Part shown: piece by piece, positions 1 through 8,305 of the stretch
Numbering within the stretch: position 1 is the first letter of the stretch
How the letters are laid out: every line of letters starts with the position of its first letter
Origin: a virus
Length of the DNA: 64,000 nucleotides
IMG/VR virus record: IMGVR_UViG_3300035199_001057
Span: 1-64,000 of that record
Reading direction: 5' to 3' (one strand)
Notes under the pieces: model-generated
The model's database searches: none
What the model was told of the DNA's origin: nothing
Seen by the model: only the letters and a program-made list of their open reading frames with translations
Made by a program: the position numbers and the translations under genes

Positions 1-23
1 GATTTAATATTATATCCTATCAC

Positions 24-548
24 CTACCGTTTTTTAAACTTGCGTCGTTTAGGGCTGTGGCGTTTAGGGCTGTGGCGTTTAGTACTGTGGCGTTTAGTAC
101 TGTGGCGTTTAGTACTGTGGCGTTTAGAGTGCTTGCGATATTTGATGGATTTATAGCTCTTATACTTTTTAGAGTGGTGGTTCCGCTTCTGATAATAATT
201 CCGCGGGCGCGTCTGACGCTTGTGGCGGTGAGGGTGCCAGAAGCCCCATCTAGAAGGGCGGTGGTAACGCCGATAACGTGGCGCGTGTCGCGGATAGGTG
301 CGCCAGACAGGATAGTATCGATAATAATTGTGGCTATAACTATAGGTGGACGATCCCACATACCGCCCAAATGGGGCATAATAATCAGCATAATCCTGGG
401 GGGACAGCCATACGGTGTTCGCATGGGAGGCAGGAATGTGTGAAATTACAACTACATCGTGTGGCGTAACATACACACCATCAATGTGGCAATCGGGAGT
501 GACATAAGCGCCCCCTCCCAGTAGTACAAATAAAATACAAAGTGACAT
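24..548 (-). CDS. Basic Tyr/His/Arg/Lys-rich protein with hydrophobic N-terminus and KRHS(T/P) repeat tail; function unknown
   Basis: ATG at 548 with AAGGAG SD at 555-560 and a sigma-54 promoter upstream; N-terminus [13 protein letters not shown]; C-terminus KRHSTx3 KRHSPx2 KRRKFKKR. Confidence 0.7.
   Translation of the reverse strand: MSLCILFVLLGGGAYVTPDCHIDGVYVTPHDVVVISHIPASHANTVWLSPQDYADYYAPFGRYVGSSTYSYSHNYYRYYPVWRTYPRHAPRYRRYHRPSRWGFWHPHRHKRQTRPRNYYQKRNHHSKKYKSYKSIKYRKHSKRHSTKRHSTKRHSTKRHSPKRHSPKRRKFKKR
46..127. repeat. 15-bp tandem repeat, 5 full copies plus a partial copy
   Basis: Units CGTTTAG(GG/TA)CTGTGG start at 46, 61, 76, 91, 106, partial at 121; encodes KRHS(T/P) on the minus strand. 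Confidence 0.95.
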
Positions 549-582
549 TTAAAACTCCTTACGTTTTGATAGGGATATATAT

Positions 583-599
583 TGCAATATGCGTGCCAA
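583..599 (-). promoter_or_regulatory. Sigma-54 (RpoN) -24/-12 promoter
   Basis: Minus strand reads TTGGCACGCATATTGCA, an exact match to YTGGCACG-N4-TTGCW; intergenic, correctly oriented, 35 nt upstream of the ATG at 548. Confidence 0.8.
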
Positions 600-617
600 A
601 ACCAAAAAGATCTTGTT

Positions 618-1019
618 TTATTCTATATAATCGAGACCATACTTATCCGCCAGGAGGCGCGCAAGCTCTTCTGGCTTGTCGTAGTATTCTTCTACCATGC
701 TTTTAAGCTCTTTCTTTTTCGCGCTGTCAAGCTCGGCAGAATCTTCCGCATATTTCTCTTCGAGTTGGCTTGTTAGGTCGTTATACTTTTCCAGTATCTT
801 GTCGCGCTTTTCAATCTCTTCGCGATGCGCGTCATTTATCGCTTCAATTTGCTTTCTATAAGATTCATTGCGTGCCTCTAGAATCTCTTGGGCGCTGTCT
901 TTTCGTCTAAAAAAAACCCAGAGCACAATCGTATAAAGAACAATCGCTGGGACATACCAGTTGTGTTTAATCCATACGCCGATCTTTTTTAGAGTGGTCC
1001 ACGCTGATCTAATAAACAT
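618..1019 (-). CDS. Membrane-anchored coiled-coil protein (possible lysis accessory)
   Basis: One hydrophobic segment (WYVPAIVLYTIVLWVFF) followed by a charged heptad-like region. Confidence 0.6.
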   Translation of the reverse strand: MFIRSAWTTLKKIGVWIKHNWYVPAIVLYTIVLWVFFRRKDSAQEILEARNESYRKQIEAINDAHREEIEKRDKILEKYNDLTSQLEEKYAEDSAELDSAKKKELKSMVEEYYDKPEELARLLADKYGLDYIE

Positions 1020-1024
1020 TATAT

Positions 1025-1381
1025 TTACCTCTCACTTAATTCATCACGAATAGCCTCATCGAGCCATTCCAATGTTTTCCCAAGTTTTGTATGTTCCAGG
1101 GCATCTTCGCCGAAATAATCATTCATATACGGCGTTAAAGCTTCTTCGAACTGGGCAATCACGTCTCCCGCGAGGTCCATCGACCCCATGTCATATTTTA
1201 AAGTTAGGGTGTAGTGGTTCTGAGCGACCAACGCTCCGATCTCATTGATAATTTCTACCAAATCCATCGCGCCCTTGTTCTGGTCAATTGCTGCCGCAAT
1301 ATCCGGCATTGCCCGGTTTTCATAGATTTTATAAACTTCTTCTTTGATTATGCGCTTAAGGGTGGAGCGGGCGATTTTCAT
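1025..1381 (-). CDS. Hypothetical protein with MKIxxxxLKRIIKEE leader
   Basis: Start reassigned to ATG at 1381, giving an ATGA overlap with the upstream stop; leader MKIARSTLKRIIKEEV. Confidence 0.65.
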   Translation of the reverse strand: MKIARSTLKRIIKEEVYKIYENRAMPDIAAAIDQNKGAMDLVEIINEIGALVAQNHYTLTLKYDMGSMDLAGDVIAQFEEALTPYMNDYFGEDALEHTKLGKTLEWLDEAIRDELSER

Positions 1382-1569
1382 CGTCCGTGTCTCCACCGAC
1401 TGGCAATGTCAGCCAGGCCTTCGATCCCAATATAGGCTAGAGAAATCGCTACCCAGTCTTCAGAAGCTAATGGCACAGTGTCCATGAACATGAAAATGGT
1501 AGCGGTACCCCATACCATTAACTTCCTTGACATTACCTTATTTAAAGCTGTATCTAATACTTGTTTCAT
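1378..1569 (-). CDS. Small two-TM holin-like protein
   Basis: 63 aa; SRKL followed by two hydrophobic helices and a basic C-terminus (SRWRHGR). Confidence 0.5.
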   Translation of the reverse strand: MKQVLDTALNKVMSRKLMVWGTATIFMFMDTVPLASEDWVAISLAYIGIEGLADIASRWRHGR

Positions 1570-1583
1570 AATAAGGATTCATC

Positions 1584-1811
1584 TCACTTTTTGGAAAGAA
1601 TACTCAGCAAGACCCATGCTGCGACCAGACCGACGAGGCCTTCGCTTCCTAGAGTTTTGGTGATCCCGATGACGTTTCCAACTACGTCGACCGGGAAGAA
1701 TGCCGCCGATGTGCCAAAGAGCACTTGTAGTACAACAGCTAAAGCCAAAACCGAGACACTAAGCTCCACTAGCTGTTTTGCCCAGCCGGTTGCTTTTTGT
1801 AAATATTCCAT
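1584..1811 (-). CDS. Small membrane protein (2 TM)
   Basis: AAGGAG SD; two hydrophobic segments; ACTAATTA motif upstream. Confidence 0.65.
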   Translation of the reverse strand: MEYLQKATGWAKQLVELSVSVLALAVVLQVLFGTSAAFFPVDVVGNVIGITKTLGSEGLVGLVAAWVLLSILSKK

Positions 1812-1834
1812 AGTAAATCTCCTTTATGGTTAGA

Positions 1835-2038
1835 TTAACTAGTCTTATTAATTAGTAAATCCAAGTCGCCCCCATTGCTCATAACATAAGCTATTGAATT
1901 AGCAGCATTATTGTTTTTTCTTATTGAGCCCGGGCCTTTCTGGAGAAGGGCAAACGGTACTTGGGAGATGGCTTTATCATGTTCGTTGTTTGCGTCAGCA
2001 AACCTAGTTATAACAAACTCAGCAGTTAGCGAATTCAT
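1835..2038 (-). CDS. Small protein homologous to the C-terminal module of the adjacent beta-helix protein
   Basis: TAEFVI...QVPFALLQKGPGSIRKN aligns with SADFTI...QVPFFLGMPGAISLRKN; ACTATTTA motif just upstream of ATG. Confidence 0.65.
   Translation of the reverse strand: MNSLTAEFVITRFADANNEHDKAISQVPFALLQKGPGSIRKNNNAANSIAYVMSNGGDLDLLINKTS
1849..1856 (-). promoter_or_regulatory. Putative phage late promoter ACTAATTA
   Basis: One of six copies of (A/T)CTA(A/T)TTA found close upstream of minus-strand gene starts. Confidence 0.5.
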
Positions 2039-2042
2039 ATAT

Positions 2043-2050
2043 TAAATAGT
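2043..2050 (-). promoter_or_regulatory. Putative phage late promoter ACTATTTA
   Basis: In the 26-nt gap, 4 nt before the ATG at 2038. Confidence 0.6.
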
Positions 2051-2064
2051 CGCCACATTATATT

Positions 2065-3537
2065 CTAGTTCGATCCAGTGATCTGAGAAGGGTCTGAAGT
2101 GGTTGCCAAGTATGCCTGATTTTTCCGTAGAGAAATGGCCCCGGGCATCCCGAGAAAGAAAGGAACCTGGGCCGCGGCACCGGTGCACGCCAATTTATAA
2201 TTGGAGGACAAATTAAGATAAGAATTGATAGTAAAATCTGCGCTGAACTCGGGGTAAGTCTGTGACCCGTAAGCGCACCACTTAGAAGGGCTGGAAGTCG
2301 CTAGTTCAAAACACCCCAGGTCCGGAGGGTCTTGCCGGCTTGTGCCGCTAAGGTCTGCGCTGGTTAATCCCAAATAATTTACAGCGGTGCCGGCGCCGGT
2401 TACGACGGCAGTAGAAGTCAGGGTGTAATCAGCATATAGGTTTTTAAAATTGTCACTCGGATCTTCAAAAAGCGATATCACGCTGGCTGTTGTATATACT
2501 AGGTCGGTCGCCCCAAGGGACTGACTTGTGCCCGCAAAATTGCGATAAACCCCGTTGCCCAGAAGAGTTGAACTGCCATCTAGGCCCCCATAAAAGTTGT
2601 TAGTGGCTACGTCGGCTTGAATATAGGGGAAACTAAGGCCATCGCCTGGTGGAGGGATGCTCATGCTAACAATACAATTTTCAACGCGAGCGGCGTAGAT
2701 GCCCAATTGGCCCGTGTAAGTTGCCCCATCGTGTCTCACAAGAACTGTACAGAAACTTGCCGTACACCTGTTGTTCGTCCCTAGGGTTCCGTTGCTCGCA
2801 TTAATAGCGTTAATGGGCATATCGCCGGTCGCGCCGCTCAAGATGATCAAGCAATTATTAATTAAAGCATTTTGAGGATTATGGCTAAAATCGATTGCGC
2901 GGAAATTATTCGAACCTGTTAGTAATATGCGGCAGCTATCGACAATTGTCCACGCGTTTGTGCCGCCGGTGTCTCCAAGTCCCGTAATGCCGCCTCCCGC
3001 CGGTGCCTGACGTGGCGAGCCAGCGAGAGAGGCCGAAGCGTTAATCGTTACGTTGCGAATGTCGTAGGGGCGTCCGTTGCCTTTAATGACACCATCGGTG
3101 GCGCTAGCCCCTCCACACCCGGCAATAGTTATATTGTGAATTCCAGAGCCCGAGCCAAAAAGCTCGAAGGCCGACTTCTGAAAGAGAGCCGCCTTCCAGC
3201 TGCCAGTGGCGTTTGGCGTGCCAGGGGTTACTGTTATATCTTGCCCTTCAGAGGCGCTTATAATTATTCCATAATCATAACTTCCAAGCCATAGTTCTTG
3301 TTCAAAGCCATTGCCGGAATCATAATTAAAAAGGGGCATACCATAGGACGCAGAATATATCGTTGAGGCCCCGGAACTCTCGCTAAGGATAACATAGTGG
3401 GGTCCGGCGTCGCCAGAAAGAGTGCTTTGGATATCTGCCCGGGCAGTTTCAATGCTCTTATAGGGGCTTCCTGCAGAGCCATCGCCAGTGGCGTCATTAC
3501 CGGTCGTGACTGAAACGTATTTAGTGAGAATTGCCAT
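2065..3537 (-). CDS. Right-handed beta-helix (pectin lyase-like) virion appendage protein
   Basis: N-terminal YVSxxxGNDxxGDGSxxxPYKSI motif; repeated NxTI/NCLI/NCIV beta-helix strands; DLSGTSR..PDLGCFE resembles a choice-of-anchor Q-like end. Confidence 0.65.
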   Translation of the reverse strand: MAILTKYVSVTTGNDATGDGSAGSPYKSIETARADIQSTLSGDAGPHYVILSESSGASTIYSASYGMPLFNYDSGNGFEQELWLGSYDYGIIISASEGQDITVTPGTPNATGSWKAALFQKSAFELFGSGSGIHNITIAGCGGASATDGVIKGNGRPYDIRNVTINASASLAGSPRQAPAGGGITGLGDTGGTNAWTIVDSCRILLTGSNNFRAIDFSHNPQNALINNCLIILSGATGDMPINAINASNGTLGTNNRCTASFCTVLVRHDGATYTGQLGIYAARVENCIVSMSIPPPGDGLSFPYIQADVATNNFYGGLDGSSTLLGNGVYRNFAGTSQSLGATDLVYTTASVISLFEDPSDNFKNLYADYTLTSTAVVTGAGTAVNYLGLTSADLSGTSRQDPPDLGCFELATSSPSKWCAYGSQTYPEFSADFTINSYLNLSSNYKLACTGAAAQVPFFLGMPGAISLRKNQAYLATTSDPSQITGSN

Positions 3538-3580
3538 ACGATGTCTTTAAAATGATTTTACCTTCGATTCTGCTTATATC

Positions 3581-3588
3581 TAATTAGT
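3581..3588 (-). promoter_or_regulatory. Putative phage late promoter ACTAATTA
   Basis: Intergenic, about 44 nt upstream of the ATG at 3537. Confidence 0.6.
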
Positions 3589-3609
3589 TTTTAGTGTAAT
3601 AATCTTTAC

Positions 3610-6600
3610 TTAGAACTCGTTCACCAGAGCGTAACCATCACGCTTCTCTATTGTTATTTGCTTATCAACGCAGTCTTTTAAAGAGTCCAAGTGGGAAATA
3701 AGCAATACAGTTTTAAAGTAAGACTTAACCAATTCTAAAATAGAAATGAACCCCTCCATGTTATCTGCGTCTAGTGCGGTTCCTGGTTCGTCTAAAATAA
3801 ATAAATCGGACTTGGGCAAATTGGAAACTGTCAAGAGGGCCAAGCGGATCGCCATGGCGGCAATCGTCTTCTCTGCGCCGCTGCCCATTTCTAATGGACG
3901 CGGTTCATGGCGAGGGTGTTTAATATAAATCTTTAAGTGGCGGCCATCATTCTCAAAAAAGACCTCAAACTCTACGACATTTGCCAACACCTTCGCTATT
4001 TCATTGTTAATCACGGGAAGCTTCTTTTTGATAATGTCGTAAGATATGCCATTGCTATGGGTACATCTCATGAAAAGATCATAAGCAGCATATTCTTCGC
4101 GAAGGTTTAATAACTCCTCTTTTTGGTCCTCCAAGGAAACCACCTTCTGTTCGAGGGAGCCGTGCTCTTTATAAAGTTCTAGCAACTCTTGGTCGCACCC
4201 TTCCAACTCGTGGGACATGTTGGTCGTCTTCTCCAACAAGTCAGTCAATTGGCTGACAAGAGCTTCCTTTCCTTCGATTGTCTCTTTGTTTTCGTGATAT
4301 TCCTCTTCTTTTTGTTTTAGATTGTCAATTTCCTTTTCAAGAGAACTTTTTTGGGTTTCGTCACGCTCTACCTTAAGAGACAGGTTGAGGATCTCACTGT
4401 CCAAAGTTTGCTTTCTTTCCAACAGCGAATTATAATTGGCTTGGTATTCCTCTACCTTGTCAGGATCTAACTTTTCGATTTCATTAAGAATTTTTCCTTT
4501 TTTGCTCTCCAAGGATTCTTTGATGCTCTGGGTGATGCTGAGGTTGTCAACGGCCACGTACGCGTCTTTAATGAACTTACAGTGAGAATATTCAGATCCA
4601 CATGGAACCTCCTTCAAGAGGCTGCTCTTCTTCTCCTGATTTTTCCGCTGAATTTCCAAGCTGCCGATTTCATTAATTATGTCATCGAACTCTTCTCTTT
4701 TACTCTCGATAATCTCTTGCTTTTCTTTGACCTCTTCGATGTCGAAAACGTCTACAAATGAAGTTATCTTGGCAAGCAACGTATTGTCTTCTTTAAGCGC
4801 GTCGCCGTTTGTGGCAAGGTTTTTAATGATCCCTTCTAGCTCTTCAATGCGCTTCTCCAAGTTTTGATGAATTTCATCGACGTCGATGATTTCGGTGGGA
4901 ATTGCGTCAATACGCCTTGTTAAATCGCTTGTTTCGTCGGTGACCACTCGAAGGTCCTCTTTGAGCTTTGCGCACTTTTTAGCATGCCTCTTTGTCTCAT
5001 TTTCGTTATATAAGAGGTGCTTAGTGGCCTGGGTGATCTCTTCGTTAAAGTCGCGACCTTCCAGCCTCTTCAACGCACCGCGCAAATCGGAAGCATCATC
5101 TTTGGCTGCTCTGTGTTTGATATCAAACATTTCCAAGTCCAAGAACTTGGCTAAAATCTCCTTGCGCTTGGTTGACCCCTCGCTGATAAAAGCAAGAGAT
5201 CCAAGCTGAGAAGACATTGACGTAAGCAAAAAATCATCCATGGACCCGAAGTATTTGCGAATATTCTGGTCTGTCTCTGAGCGCGTTAGACCGTTAAGGC
5301 TTCTGGTTTCGTCCGTCACCTCATCGTAAACTTCGAAATTTAGGTCGGTCTTGGCTTCGAGTGTTTCCTCCCCCTTCAACTTTTTAATGTACTTTTCTGA
5401 TTCGCGGACAACCGAGTATTTTTTGTTCCCAATTGAAACAGTTACCTTGCCGCTCCCCGAATCTTTATTCTGATTAATAATATTGAGGTTCTTCCGCTCG
5501 TTCTTAGAAGTGCTATTGAAGAGAGTGTATAATACGCTATCCACGATGCTGGATTTTCCAGAAAAGTTTTTCCCAAAGACGCCCACAATTCCGGAAAACT
5601 TTGCAAAATCGATTCCATTATTCGGACCGTAATTAAAAAGATTGTCCCACTCAAGGTGTTCAAGTCGCCAATTGATATTGCGATGAATCTCTTCTTTATC
5701 TTCAATAAGAGAGTTATACTTGGAATTCAGTTTTAAAACACGTTCCATTAATTCGTCTTCAGGTTGGAAATCTTTTAGGTACTCTTTGATAAGTTTCTTT
5801 TGTACCACCGGATCCCGCAGGTTGTCCGCCTCGATGTTAGTGGCCATGGCTTCAACATTACCGCTGGTACCTGCTGCGCGGTTCAAAAATGTGATGTGCT
5901 CCGGCTTGAAGCGGTGCTTGGCGATCTCTACCGCCTTCTTCATAGCGTCCAGGGATAAGTTATTGTTGGAAACAAGGCGCAAACGGGCCTGCGGCGGGAC
6001 TGCCGTGTTCTTCGGGAGTCGACCTTTTGGTGTAAGCTCAATCGTTATAAAAGGCCGCGGGTTCTCTAAAACGTGATGTGTACACGAAAAAGTGTCCTTG
6101 TCCTCAATATCCCAAATCAAAAACCCTTTGTCGTTAGTTTCGCCGTGATTTTGCTGAACCGTCGACCCTGCGTATCGGACCTTTCCTTTGTGATCTAGAG
6201 TCTGGTTCGTCTTATGGATATCCCCAAGAAACGCATAGTCGTGTCCTTCAAAGATTGAAAGGTCGTCTTCACCGTGCTCCATGACCCAACCAAGATCAGT
6301 CCGACTGTTAGAAATAGCCCCATGATAAAGAGCAATATTAATCTTTCCAGCGTCGGAAGGTGAAACCCAATTATCACGATCAAAGACACTAAGAACATTA
6401 AGGCTAAAATCTCCATCTAAAACTTCCTCCCCGCTATCCTTTAACAAGAATAGATTTGGATTATCCAGCGCCTCTACAATAGGCGTGATGGCGTCCTGCC
6501 TGCTGCTGTTCTTGAGGTTGCCATCATGGTTCCCCAGAATTACATAAGTAGGGGCTATATCGGCTAACTGCGATAGAAAATGGGAACAAAGTTCTACGAA

Positions 6601-6765
6601 TTCTGGGGATAGTTGTGTCTTTGTATGCGCTATATCCCCGCAATGAATAATGTAATCTACTTTTTCTTCTTTAAGCATTTTATACAGCTTTTCAAAGACT
6701 TTTTTGTACTCGTAATGATATTTTAAATTTTTAATGTGTGTATCTGCAATGTGCGCAAATTTCAT
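3610..6765 (-). CDS. Fused SbcD/Mre11 nuclease - SbcC/Rad50 ATPase
   Basis: Metallophosphoesterase motifs ADTH, GD, GNHD, GDIH; Walker A GKNFSGKS; long coiled coil; signature SGAE; Walker B ILDEP; ISH; start reassigned to MKFAHIAD at 6765 (GGAG SD). Confidence 0.92.
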   Translation of the reverse strand: MKFAHIADTHIKNLKYHYEYKKVFEKLYKMLKEEKVDYIIHCGDIAHTKTQLSPEFVELCSHFLSQLADIAPTYVILGNHDGNLKNSSRQDAITPIVEALDNPNLFLLKDSGEEVLDGDFSLNVLSVFDRDNWVSPSDAGKINIALYHGAISNSRTDLGWVMEHGEDDLSIFEGHDYAFLGDIHKTNQTLDHKGKVRYAGSTVQQNHGETNDKGFLIWDIEDKDTFSCTHHVLENPRPFITIELTPKGRLPKNTAVPPQARLRLVSNNNLSLDAMKKAVEIAKHRFKPEHITFLNRAAGTSGNVEAMATNIEADNLRDPVVQKKLIKEYLKDFQPEDELMERVLKLNSKYNSLIEDKEEIHRNINWRLEHLEWDNLFNYGPNNGIDFAKFSGIVGVFGKNFSGKSSIVDSVLYTLFNSTSKNERKNLNIINQNKDSGSGKVTVSIGNKKYSVVRESEKYIKKLKGEETLEAKTDLNFEVYDEVTDETRSLNGLTRSETDQNIRKYFGSMDDFLLTSMSSQLGSLAFISEGSTKRKEILAKFLDLEMFDIKHRAAKDDASDLRGALKRLEGRDFNEEITQATKHLLYNENETKRHAKKCAKLKEDLRVVTDETSDLTRRIDAIPTEIIDVDEIHQNLEKRIEELEGIIKNLATNGDALKEDNTLLAKITSFVDVFDIEEVKEKQEIIESKREEFDDIINEIGSLEIQRKNQEKKSSLLKEVPCGSEYSHCKFIKDAYVAVDNLSITQSIKESLESKKGKILNEIEKLDPDKVEEYQANYNSLLERKQTLDSEILNLSLKVERDETQKSSLEKEIDNLKQKEEEYHENKETIEGKEALVSQLTDLLEKTTNMSHELEGCDQELLELYKEHGSLEQKVVSLEDQKEELLNLREEYAAYDLFMRCTHSNGISYDIIKKKLPVINNEIAKVLANVVEFEVFFENDGRHLKIYIKHPRHEPRPLEMGSGAEKTIAAMAIRLALLTVSNLPKSDLFILDEPGTALDADNMEGFISILELVKSYFKTVLLISHLDSLKDCVDKQITIEKRDGYALVNEF

Positions 6766-6775
6766 ATTTTCTCCA

Positions 6776-7699
6776 CTACTGCCACGATGAAAATATGAAA
6801 TTTTCAAAATTCATCGGCACTGCTGTCTCTCTAAGTTTTTCCACCTCAGTGTAGCTTAAAGAGCCAATATCCTCTATATTGGAAGTATCCATCTGGAAAA
6901 CCTCCAACCCATATTCTAACATATTTTTTATCACTCGTAAAGACTTTTGAAGCGCGTCTCCATCCAGCCCAACATACACCGGTGACTGCTTCTCCACGAG
7001 TTTAAAAAATAATCTAGATTTGACATTTAATGTTGAGCCCAAAATACAGATTGAATTGCGCGCTTTGAGCGCATCGAAGGGTCCTTCAACTAACATAACG
7101 GGCTCAGCCCAGTCAATCAAAAGCTCGTTAAAAACTACGTTTCTGGAGGCCGGTGGGTTTTTATACTTTAAGGTATCCCCGTTGTAGCTTCTTCCCACAA
7201 AATAGTTACAATACCCCTCCGCATCGAAGGAGGGTATAATTATACGATTACGATACGCGCCGGCGTGACAGAAGCCCAGTTTATAATATCGGATGTCTTC
7301 AAGCGTAATCCCGCGGGCCTTCAAATATCGGAGAGGGCGCTGAGCTTCATGAGGCAATTGAGATGCGCCTAGAAAAAGAAATTCCTCTGGTAAGCTAAGG
7401 CGCTGATTTTCTTGGGCTATTTCTTCTTTCTGAAAAAGGGTGTCCATGGTGGACATGTCGATTTGGTTTGTTATTTGTCGCCACTTTTGAAACAAGTGTG
7501 GATGACCAAATCGCCGTACGAGCCTTTGGAGGCTCTTCCCCTTGCTGTCGCAAACCCAGCACTTGTAAACGCCCAGGTTCAGGTTGATAGAGAGCTTGCG
7601 CTTGTAGTGCTTGCAATAGGGGCAGCTAAACAAATACTCGTCGCGAGATTTGTAATAAGGGCCAAGGACTTCTTTAAGTATGTTAAGCTTATCTTTCAT
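6776..7699 (-). CDS. DnaG-type DNA primase (zinc finger + TOPRIM)
   Basis: CPYC...CWVC zinc-binding motif; RIIIP; TOPRIM VEGPFDA and LDGD. Confidence 0.9.
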   Translation of the reverse strand: MKDKLNILKEVLGPYYKSRDEYLFSCPYCKHYKRKLSINLNLGVYKCWVCDSKGKSLQRLVRRFGHPHLFQKWRQITNQIDMSTMDTLFQKEEIAQENQRLSLPEEFLFLGASQLPHEAQRPLRYLKARGITLEDIRYYKLGFCHAGAYRNRIIIPSFDAEGYCNYFVGRSYNGDTLKYKNPPASRNVVFNELLIDWAEPVMLVEGPFDALKARNSICILGSTLNVKSRLFFKLVEKQSPVYVGLDGDALQKSLRVIKNMLEYGLEVFQMDTSNIEDIGSLSYTEVEKLRETAVPMNFENFIFSSWQ

Positions 7700-7734
7700 T
7701 CAGAGAGCGCACTTGTTTCAAACATATGTTTAAT

Positions 7735-7763
7735 ACTTTACACTATCACTTCGTCGTTGTCAA
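7735..7763 (-). promoter_or_regulatory. Sigma-70-type promoter for primase and Mre11-Rad50
   Basis: Minus strand TTGACA-N17-TAAAGT overlapping the end of the resolvase gene, 36 nt before the primase ATG. Confidence 0.6.
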
Positions 7764-8295
7764 GCTTTTTTTTGGACTGTAGTAGTTTGAGGCCCGCCTT
7801 GGCGATCACGGTGGCGTCGGCGATATCAAAATACTTGGGTTTGGGGTTCCCATGAGAAGTATATTCTACTGCGAAGTTGGGCACGTGCTCAAGGAGCCAT
7901 GCGACGACCTGCTTTTTGGTATTCTGTCCTCTTTCTACTTTAATTCCCAATTGTTTTCGCGAATGGGCTGCGGTGATATGCTGTGGCTGTTTATCAAATA
8001 TTTCATATGCCAACCATGATACCACCCCATTGAACCTCTGGAGAGTGGCCATCGTATTGGCGGTGGAGCCTCCGGACTTAAAAAATATGAGGGGCTTCTC
8101 GATATAAATCTTTTCAATAGGATATTGTACCTTCAGCCGGGTAAGCTCCTCTTTAATGAATGATGCCTTGTCAAACTCATTTTTAAACTTCTTTTTGTTT
8201 CTCATGTCCCAAGCATCGCATGTTATAATCTCGCTCTCCGCGTCAATTACACAAAAGCCTGTGATGCTTGTGCTTATATCTAAACCCAATATCAT
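7738..8295 (-). CDS. RuvC-like Holliday junction resolvase
   Basis: N-terminal ILGLDISTSITG, IYIEK, C-terminal DIADA acidic motifs. Confidence 0.8.
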   Translation of the reverse strand: MILGLDISTSITGFCVIDAESEIITCDAWDMRNKKKFKNEFDKASFIKEELTRLKVQYPIEKIYIEKPLIFFKSGGSTANTMATLQRFNGVVSWLAYEIFDKQPQHITAAHSRKQLGIKVERGQNTKKQVVAWLLEHVPNFAVEYTSHGNPKPKYFDIADATVIAKAGLKLLQSKKKLDNDEVIV

Positions 8296-8305
8296 AATTT
8301 ATTTC

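Noticed and set aside
46-127. Tandem repeat as a CRISPR array
   Set aside because: 15-bp head-to-tail units with no spacers; in-frame coding repeat
20-443. ORFs 20..424 (-) and 57..443 (+) with NATVL / VAFST repeats
   Set aside because: Alternative frames of the same repeat; only 24..548 has an SD and promoter
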